DNA from: an uncultured archaeon | Lineage (GTDB): Archaea > Asgardarchaeota > Thorarchaeia > Thorarchaeales > Thorarchaeaceae | Length of the DNA: 64,000 nt | Direction: 5' to 3' | NCBI GenBank assembly: GCA_964558645.1 | Contig: CAZLEV010000001.1 | Span: forward strand, 189,568 to 253,567 | Made by a program: the position numbers and the translations under genes | In this document: piece after piece, positions 57,261 through 64,000 of the stretch | Layout: each line of letters starts with the position of its first letter | Numbering within the stretch: position 1 is the first letter of the stretch | Notes under the pieces: model-generated | The model's database searches: none | Told to the model about the DNA's origin: nothing | Seen by the model: the letters and a program-made list of their open reading frames with translations, nothing else

Positions 57261-60062
57261 CTAGCCAGCTGTCCTCAGCCCGTCTGCAAGTTGTGCTCTA
57301 AGATAGTGTTTGGTTACTACATGGGTGAGGACTAGCGGTGCGATGAAGCTCAGAGCTATAATGATGGATAGTGTGAGATGTGGGATGCTAAGAGCCATGG
57401 GTAGTCTTTGCCAGTTCACCGATCCGGATACACCAGTATGACTGAGCGGTGTTCCTAGGATTAGAAGGCTCAATAACAAGCCCAATGGAATACCGATGGC
57501 TGCGGCAATTGCTATGCTGAGAAAGCTGTCAAGCAGAAGAGCCTGTTGCACAGACTCAGTTTCTGAGCCAAGTGCACGAACCACAGAGAAATGCTTCCTC
57601 AGTGATTCATTCTTTTGCACAGCGATGAGTGCCATTCCGATGGAGAGATAGATGATGGTGAAGATGACATTGAGGGAGAAGACCCCGTGTATTGTACAAG
57701 CGCTTCTTGAATCAACGATTGCCTGTTGCTGGCTCATGGTAGATTCAATTGTTAGAATATTATGACCCCCTACTTCCCAAAGCTCACTGATGACAGCCGT
57801 ATGATTTGCATCAGGAGCCAACCGCAAGTAGAATTTATCCACCCGCGAAGTGTTAAGCCTATCATGGAGAAGATTCATGTTGAGCAGTATGAACTCGTCC
57901 TCTTCAGGCGCACCTGGCAGATAGGTGGGGCTGTCCTCAGTTGAGTCCTCAGACAGAATATCGATGATTGTTACATTGAACTGCGTTCCTATTCCCTGCT
58001 TCAACAACCTCAGGGTTACTTCGTTTCCGTACACAGGGGCATAGCTGACATCCTCTTCTACATCATATCCTATAACCGGGCGGAAGGATGAGAGCACGTG
58101 TGTCCAGTTGTCAGCCATCGCGGACACGGCCTCTTCAGGATTCTGCCCTTCAGCAAAACAAGGCAAGAAGAAGGCGGCTGAGGCCCATTCGTCCGGTTGC
58201 ACCCCGTATACGGAAATCTGACGATCGTGTACCACGGTAGCATAGGGGCCGATTGTGAGATATGACACTCTCGCCTTCTCGATGAGCATTCCGCTCACAT
58301 GTTCAACACCAGCAATGGCCTGAAGCGCATCTCCTAGGTCCTCAGTGCTGTTCTCCATGGATGGGTTGAGTTCCATCAGAATGTCTGCCCCAACGTCAAA
58401 GGCAAGAAGATTCCTCACGTGATTGGAACCAGTATCCGATACAATCGCAGAAAACATCGCAGTCATGAATACGAGGGCGATAAACATCACACCCAAAGCC
58501 TCGGTCTTCGGCTTCATTCTTGAATAGCCCCCCATGACACTGGTTCCTCCGACGCGTCTTGGGTCGGCAATCTTTCTCATTAATGAGGACTTGAGATGTG
58601 CCGTAGGACGGGCTAGAAACTTCGTCAGGGATATGATGAAAGCTCCGAATGCGACCACTGTCATGAAAGAGGTGAATGGGCTCCGAGAGGAGGCAGCATA
58701 AGCACCCATATACGGAAGTAACATCATGACCACTACACTTGATATGCCAGCAATTGCTATTTCGATGATAGGTGCGTAGGTTTCCTCAGTTTCGGTCTTG
58801 TCCTCATGTACCTCCCTATGGGTTTCAGATGGAGACAACAGAAGAACCCGGATAATAGATAAGACCGACGCAAAGAGTCCCATGCAGAAGGAGAAGCCGA
58901 ACACGAACAAGACTGCTTGCGGCTGCAATACCACAGAGAATGCACTTGTACTGAATACCAAGAAACCCCTCATATTGCCGGAGAGAAGGGCCGCCAAGAA
59001 ACCTATGGCTACTGCCCCCGCTGCTCCCAAGAAACCTGTGAGGAGAGAGATGTCCAGAACCCAAGCGGCTGCGGCCCTGCTGGAGGCACCTCTCATACGT
59101 AGCATCCCGACTTCATTGCGGCGTTTGTCAGAAACTAGTTCACTTGTGTAGTTCACTAGAATGATGCCCATAACGAAACTCGGGATCGTAAAGGCAATCG
59201 CTATGGCAATCATACTCGAGCGCCATGATGCATAGCCGCGTACAACACTGAGGGCAGCCAGTTCTGTAATGCTCGCATGGGGTGCAATGTTCTGGGCAAT
59301 GGTCTTTCTGAGAGTGTCGATTTGCTCTTCTGCCTCAGCCGTATCTGAATTTTGAAGAAAGGAGGGTTGCATTTTTACCCAGATTCGGTGACTCAATGCG
59401 TTACGAACTCCGTAGCCAATGAGGCCGAATTCCGTTTGAAGAGTACTCTTCGTCATAATTGCCCTCAAGATTGGTATTGAATCTTCACCCTGTTTGTATC
59501 TCCCCCATAGGTTGGTTGACTCGAAACTCCCTCGTACTTCTAGCGTCCTTATGATATAATGTGTATCACCCCATTGGCTTCTCGGTTCAACCACTGTGAC
59601 ATTGTATGGATCGCCAATTCTAAGGCCTGCTTCCGTGAATATGCTTTCATCAACATAACAGCCGCCTTCTGTCAGTTCTAGGCTCTCTGGAGAAAGCTGG
59701 ATACAGTCAGCATACGTTTCAAGAAAACTATCCGCAACTCCGAGATGTACGTATCTTCTGTAGGGAGAAAACCACAGATAGTCGTAGTGGCCATCAATGG
59801 TCAGTACATGCTCTGATGCAGCTATCTGATCTTGATTCGCCAAGAAATCCATGATTTCTGTGGTCGAGCCATCTCCTTGAGAATAGAAGGTGTTCGTGAA
59901 TTGTATCTTCATATGGATGGGGGTACTATTAGCTAGTTCATCCAAAACATACGGGCCGGTGCTGTCTGTATAGAAGAGAATACCGGCCAGAACGCCTGAA
60001 GATAGGGAGAATACTAGGAGTGTGACCAATGTCTGGGTAGCGTCAGATTGTAGGCGCTGCAC
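57261..60062 (-). CDS. Large FtsX/MacB-like ABC permease
   Basis: Two TM blocks with EVGMLRMRGAS and FSVVRALGS motifs; large extracytoplasmic loops. Confidence 0.85.
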   Translation of the reverse strand: MQRLQSDATQTLVTLLVFSLSSGVLAGILFYTDSTGPYVLDELANSTPIHMKIQFTNTFYSQGDGSTTEIMDFLANQDQIAASEHVLTIDGHYDYLWFSPYRRYVHLGVADSFLETYADCIQLSPESLELTEGGCYVDESIFTEAGLRIGDPYNVTVVEPRSQWGDTHYIIRTLEVRGSFESTNLWGRYKQGEDSIPILRAIMTKSTLQTEFGLIGYGVRNALSHRIWVKMQPSFLQNSDTAEAEEQIDTLRKTIAQNIAPHASITELAALSVVRGYASWRSSMIAIAIAFTIPSFVMGIILVNYTSELVSDKRRNEVGMLRMRGASSRAAAAWVLDISLLTGFLGAAGAVAIGFLAALLSGNMRGFLVFSTSAFSVVLQPQAVLFVFGFSFCMGLFASVLSIIRVLLLSPSETHREVHEDKTETEETYAPIIEIAIAGISSVVVMMLLPYMGAYAASSRSPFTSFMTVVAFGAFIISLTKFLARPTAHLKSSLMRKIADPRRVGGTSVMGGYSRMKPKTEALGVMFIALVFMTAMFSAIVSDTGSNHVRNLLAFDVGADILMELNPSMENSTEDLGDALQAIAGVEHVSGMLIEKARVSYLTIGPYATVVHDRQISVYGVQPDEWASAAFFLPCFAEGQNPEEAVSAMADNWTHVLSSFRPVIGYDVEEDVSYAPVYGNEVTLRLLKQGIGTQFNVTIIDILSEDSTEDSPTYLPGAPEEDEFILLNMNLLHDRLNTSRVDKFYLRLAPDANHTAVISELWEVGGHNILTIESTMSQQQAIVDSRSACTIHGVFSLNVIFTIIYLSIGMALIAVQKNESLRKHFSVVRALGSETESVQQALLLDSFLSIAIAAAIGIPLGLLLSLLILGTPLSHTGVSGSVNWQRLPMALSIPHLTLSIIIALSFIAPLVLTHVVTKHYLRAQLADGLRTAG

Positions 60063-60071
60063 TAAGAATAT

Positions 60072-62891
60072 CTAGAAGAGCCTCCCTTTCTGTTGTGTTT
60101 CATCCCAAGCAAGATGTGCAATCGTCGATAGGGGCATATTCATCTCGAAAGCTGAGAGCGCAAGAGCTACGACAGTGGCAGTCATGAACACCGCAAACAA
60201 CATACCCAGTAGAATTGACCAAGGAATAACGAGAATAATCGGATATGGAAATGAGGTCAATGCAATACCTGAGGACAGAATTAGCAGCTCAATCCCATTA
60301 CTGATCATGATTGGCGTTGTAATCAACAAGAGCATGCTGGAGTAGAATGAGAGGGTCAGCATCTGAGTCAGATTGTATCCTAGAACCTCTCGTTTCCCTG
60401 CTCCCAGCGATTTCAGAAGAGCTGTTTCTCTTATCCTTTGTTGTCGAGTAGATACGGTGTATGTGACCAGTGTAATAGGAATCAGAATGAATGTAAGAAC
60501 AGAGAGCATTGTATGAACTGAGCGGTCCAACATGTATCTTTCACTCTCAGTATGCTCTTTCACGATCTCAAATGCCGCTGCAGACCCGCTGATCGCATCG
60601 GCTGCAGAACCCGTGTTCTCTATTATGTTTCGACGAGCTGCACTTCCGTTGGCAGTATCTTCGGTTCGAGCACATATGTAACCATTGCTGATATCCCCGG
60701 ATCCGAGCTGACTCTGAGCCAATGCCCGGTTGATCCAAATCCTGCCCCGTCCAATCCTACCCGAGTATTGATTCTTGATTGGAGGGTGGTATCCATGAAC
60801 CGAGACCATAGAGTCAGGTAGTTCGCTTACTACCCCCAAAATGACAAATGTCAGGGTTTCAATCAAAGACCCGTTCCTTCTAAATGCATTCAGTGTATCT
60901 CCTTCATATACGCCGTATGACGCGGCAATGTCCTGAGTTAGCACTGCGCCGTTGAGAATCGTATGAAGCTCCTCGAGGTAGTCCATGAGGTAAGAGGATT
61001 CGAGGCCGATTCCCTGAGCGTCATATCCAGTGTATGCATAGTCCAGCGGATCAACAGCGACAAATTCGAGCTTCTCCTGTAGCTCGGTTGACAAGGATAA
61101 TCCATAGACGCTAATGAGAGAGGCTGACTGAATATCCGGATGATTCTCCGAAACGGCAAGAATATCATCCCATAGGTTCGATTGCGACTTCCTGAGGCTG
61201 AATGCAATATCTCCCCCGATTGCAAAACGGGTTTGGTTTAGAATCGTTTGGTCAAGAGTTGTATCAAGAATTGCGTTGTTCCAAATCAGACTCGTTGAAA
61301 GCATGAGTATAAGAATTGCAAGTGCAGCCTGTATCTTCTGGGTCTGGACACTTCTGATACCGACAATTCGCTTCGACGCAAGACCTCTACCTCTTAGGAA
61401 AGAGGATATCTTGCTCAGAGGCCTTCCCAATTCCTTTGTGACAAGATCCCCGAGCGCTACCACCGCTACATACGGAGCAATACGGATTATCAGTGTAGCT
61501 ATCAATGATGACTTGATTGCTGTCGGTGCCTGTGATATTCCTACGACAAGCAGAAATGAACAGACAACAAGGGCTACATCCCATTGAACACGCTTTAGGT
61601 TCATCGGAATTCTAGAAATCCCTGAATTGGAAGAATCAGATTTACCTGCAAGGAAAGGGGGTATCAAGAAGGCTCCCAAGACTACACAGGGGGCGATCAC
61701 TCCGTAGAGAATAAGAGCAAAGATTGAATCCAAGGAAACGAGTATGCCGAGCTGAATTTCGAGGGCTCCTCTCTGCGCCAAGCTTCCTATCATCAAACCG
61801 ATTTCGTCAAACAAGATGCTCAGGCCAATCGAAGGCACAATTGCAATGACTGCAATGGTCAGAACCTCCTTGTAAGCCAGCCCCATGATCTGACGAGAAG
61901 AGGCACCTCGTGATTCCAGTGTTTTGATTCTCCTGTTATGGTGCTTCATGAAGATAAGCAGCCCCTGAATCATAACAAGAACTCCCACAAAGAGAAAGCT
62001 CTGGATTCGGATGAGCTGTGTTAACCGAGCAGAATTGAGCCAGTTTGAATAGCTTTCGATTCCCTTTAGCAGCAGATTATCCACGAAGAACCCGGTAACA
62101 TGCCTCTCCGAGTATCTTGGGTCCAGTTGTCGGATGCTCTCATCAATCTCTTGGAGGTAATGTAGGCTTCTGGAGGGCCAAAAGGCACTGATATGCTCCC
62201 GTTCTACATCGAGATACACGTAGTCTTCTCTCCCACGATCTCCAATGAGCTCGAAAGGTACGACAGCATAGGCTGAGGTGTAGTAGTATGATACCTGGTT
62301 GTCCGTTGCTCCCAGACGGTACACTCCTACTAGCTCAAGAATGCGCTTTGTTGCCTCCTGTTGGAACACGTATTCTACAATGTCTCCGGGGCCCACATGA
62401 TAGCGGTCTGCAACCCAGTCAACAACTGCTATTTCGCTGGCATTTTCTGGATATCTCCCAGTTGTGAGATTCATGATGCTCCCGAACATTTCGGTAAAAT
62501 CTGGACCGAGACAGGCAGCCCGAGTCGTAGTATTCAACTCTGGATCCAATGGATCTCCAGATACTAAGAAGCCGCTCGAAGGAGTTCTGTTGTGATGAAG
62601 GGGATATGCGTATATCATGGCCCAGGCACTGTGTAGGTATGCAGCCTTCGTAACTCCTGGTATAGCACGGATTTCGTTGATGTGCTTGAGTCCCTCGCTA
62701 CCAGTTATCACAGCTGAAGCTGGCCCAACATTTGTGCTTGAGTGCCACGTCACCAGAGAGTAGGAATCCAGATAGGCAAGTGTGCTTCCCAAAATGGTGT
62801 TTGACATCGTTAAACAGATTATGAGGTACCCTAAGCTTCGACACCTTGAGATGCTCAAACCTATCTGAACTCCATCTCTTAGGTTGTTCAT
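60072..62891 (-). CDS. Large FtsX/MacB-like ABC permease
   Basis: GRYPENASEI, LESRGAS, ETALLKSLGA motifs; same architecture as its neighbour. Confidence 0.85.
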   Translation of the reverse strand: MNNLRDGVQIGLSISRCRSLGYLIICLTMSNTILGSTLAYLDSYSLVTWHSSTNVGPASAVITGSEGLKHINEIRAIPGVTKAAYLHSAWAMIYAYPLHHNRTPSSGFLVSGDPLDPELNTTTRAACLGPDFTEMFGSIMNLTTGRYPENASEIAVVDWVADRYHVGPGDIVEYVFQQEATKRILELVGVYRLGATDNQVSYYYTSAYAVVPFELIGDRGREDYVYLDVEREHISAFWPSRSLHYLQEIDESIRQLDPRYSERHVTGFFVDNLLLKGIESYSNWLNSARLTQLIRIQSFLFVGVLVMIQGLLIFMKHHNRRIKTLESRGASSRQIMGLAYKEVLTIAVIAIVPSIGLSILFDEIGLMIGSLAQRGALEIQLGILVSLDSIFALILYGVIAPCVVLGAFLIPPFLAGKSDSSNSGISRIPMNLKRVQWDVALVVCSFLLVVGISQAPTAIKSSLIATLIIRIAPYVAVVALGDLVTKELGRPLSKISSFLRGRGLASKRIVGIRSVQTQKIQAALAILILMLSTSLIWNNAILDTTLDQTILNQTRFAIGGDIAFSLRKSQSNLWDDILAVSENHPDIQSASLISVYGLSLSTELQEKLEFVAVDPLDYAYTGYDAQGIGLESSYLMDYLEELHTILNGAVLTQDIAASYGVYEGDTLNAFRRNGSLIETLTFVILGVVSELPDSMVSVHGYHPPIKNQYSGRIGRGRIWINRALAQSQLGSGDISNGYICARTEDTANGSAARRNIIENTGSAADAISGSAAAFEIVKEHTESERYMLDRSVHTMLSVLTFILIPITLVTYTVSTRQQRIRETALLKSLGAGKREVLGYNLTQMLTLSFYSSMLLLITTPIMISNGIELLILSSGIALTSFPYPIILVIPWSILLGMLFAVFMTATVVALALSAFEMNMPLSTIAHLAWDETQQKGRLF

Positions 62892-62989
62892 GTGAACGCT
62901 CCTTCGTGTGGACGCCCTTGACTGAGGCAGTTTCTCGACGAGTCTGAATGTCCTTATGATTTAATAAACCTCTGTCAACCTCATTGACG

Positions 62990-63177
62990 GGTAGATTGCA
63001 GCTACAAAAAACCTAGACAAAGCTAGACATTTCTTGGGGTGCTTGTGTACCTCGGTACAAGACTAGTTCATAGTTCATCTGGCACCGCTGTGTTGACCTC
63101 ACGGAGTGAAGTTCCACTGCCGTTTCTGGACGGACAAGACTCCGGTGTCGAGGTTTGTCCAGCTTACAATGAACGGT
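62990..63177 (+). mobile_element. Non-autonomous mini-element copy 2 (185 bp plus duplicated GGT core)
   Basis: 48/64 gapless identity to the copy 1 right end and 29/45 to the left end; GGT at 62990 and 63175; AACCTAGACA-AAGCTAGACA at 63010-63029 and inverted pair at 63146-63165. Confidence 0.82.
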
Positions 63178-63207
63178 GAGTCACGTCAGGCATAGGCGTA
63201 CTGCAAA

Positions 63208-64000
63208 TCATGAACCAGCCTTGCGCAGATGTATATCTATCCTCGTTCCTCCCATCTCTGAGTTTCGAATCTCGATTCTGCCACCATAACTTCTGACGAT
63301 CTCCTTAACAAGGAAGAGGCCTAACCCGGGCGAACCACGTGTTTCCGGTTCGAAGCCACTGTTGAGGATGTCTTCAATAATGCCCTGAGGAATGCCCTTT
63401 CCATCATCCTGTAAGGTGATTATGATGTTACTCTCATGAGTCTGTGCAGTGAGTCTGATTTCGGTGCCGTCAGAATGCTCGAGTGAGTTCTCTATTAGAT
63501 TACTCAATAGGGGTTTCAGGAGTTTTCCTCCCTGAACCATCAGTTCTTGTTCTGGAAGACTTGTCCTTACACTCATTCCTTCGCCAAACTGTCGTAGGTT
63601 GCTCTCCGAAATCACGGATCGAACAACGGGGACAATATCGATGGATTCGAGATCCTTCTCTCGTTCGACATCCCGTAACAGTCTTACTCTTTCGATGATA
63701 TCTTGCTGGCGTTCGAGTCCAATCAGGGCCTTGTTGAGGATTTCGGATTGTTCTGCTGTCAGGTCTGTGTTCTTGAGGATCTCAAGAGCGGCCTGAACGA
63801 CCTGAATACTATTACCTACATCATGAGTGAGCAAAGAATGAAGGAACTCCCTGCGCCTCTCCGTCTGTTTCTGTTCGGTTGTGTCAAGAGTGATTTCTAC
63901 AGCTCCCACAGTAATGCCGTTCTCGTCTTTGACTGGAGCACCGGCGACCAACCACCACCTCCCATCGGGTGTTTCTCTCTCTCCGCTCTCTGGCTTTCCT
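63208..64000 (-). CDS. PAS-domain sensor histidine kinase, 5' truncated by window
   Basis: Frame open to the window edge; PAS/PAC end, H-box THDVGN, N-box NLIENS, DDGKG, GLGL. Confidence 0.88.
   Translation of the reverse strand, partial: GKPESGERETPDGRWWLVAGAPVKDENGITVGAVEITLDTTEQKQTERRREFLHSLLTHDVGNSIQVVQAALEILKNTDLTAEQSEILNKALIGLERQQDIIERVRLLRDVEREKDLESIDIVPVVRSVISESNLRQFGEGMSVRTSLPEQELMVQGGKLLKPLLSNLIENSLEHSDGTEIRLTAQTHESNIIITLQDDGKGIPQGIIEDILNSGFEPETRGSPGLGLFLVKEIVRSYGGRIEIRNSEMGGTRIDIHLRKAGS

Noticed and set aside
63115-63177. Conserved peptide at the element right end (VSKIVQFTMNG vs VSRFVQLTMNG)
   Set aside because: No conserved start in copy 2, and stops follow in both circle junctions; the similarity is explained by DNA motif conservation.
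489-63796. Numerous short antisense or overlapping ORFs in the six-frame track
   Set aside because: They overlap well-supported genes and show no motifs; treated as shadow ORFs.
1-64000. Selenoprotein (in-frame TGA) or SECIS elements
   Set aside because: No gene appears truncated at a TGA aligned to a catalytic Cys, and the 3' hairpins lack recognisable SECIS cores.

Overview
A gene-dense chromosomal segment of about 50% GC from a probable anaerobic archaeon. Evidence for archaeon: TATA-like boxes about 30 nt before starts, GGTGA/GGAGG SD motifs and archaeal-type HisKA kinases. The gene mix (paired giant FtsX-type permeases, tandem DUF4139 genes, class I GAPDH) suggests an Asgard/Thorarchaeia-like organism, which is inference only. 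It carries about 55 CDS centred on peptide uptake and proteolysis (Dpp/Opp ABC system, oligopeptidase B, M20 peptidase, amidohydrolase, secreted metallopeptidase). Other functions are oxygen defence (rubrerythrin, FprA), a hookless mini-Rad50 with Mre11, two non-ornithine knotted-type carbamoyltransferases around an acylphosphatase, and two orphan degenerate ABC ATPases. No rRNA, tRNA, CRISPR array, transposase or integrase was recognised. The main discovery is a family of tiny (185-206 bp) non-autonomous mobile elements. One copy precisely interrupts an ADP-ribosylglycohydrolase gene (18805-19013), a diverged second copy is intergenic (62990-63177), and a probable decayed third copy lies at about 15903-16055. 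Both clear copies are bounded by the same GGT core and carry tandem pairs of a 10-bp AA-N4-GACA motif inverted at both ends with identical 17/9-nt spacing. They also contain a hairpin with a compensatory base-pair change. This architecture fits mobilisation in trans by a site-specific recombinase better than a classical TIR/TSD MITE.
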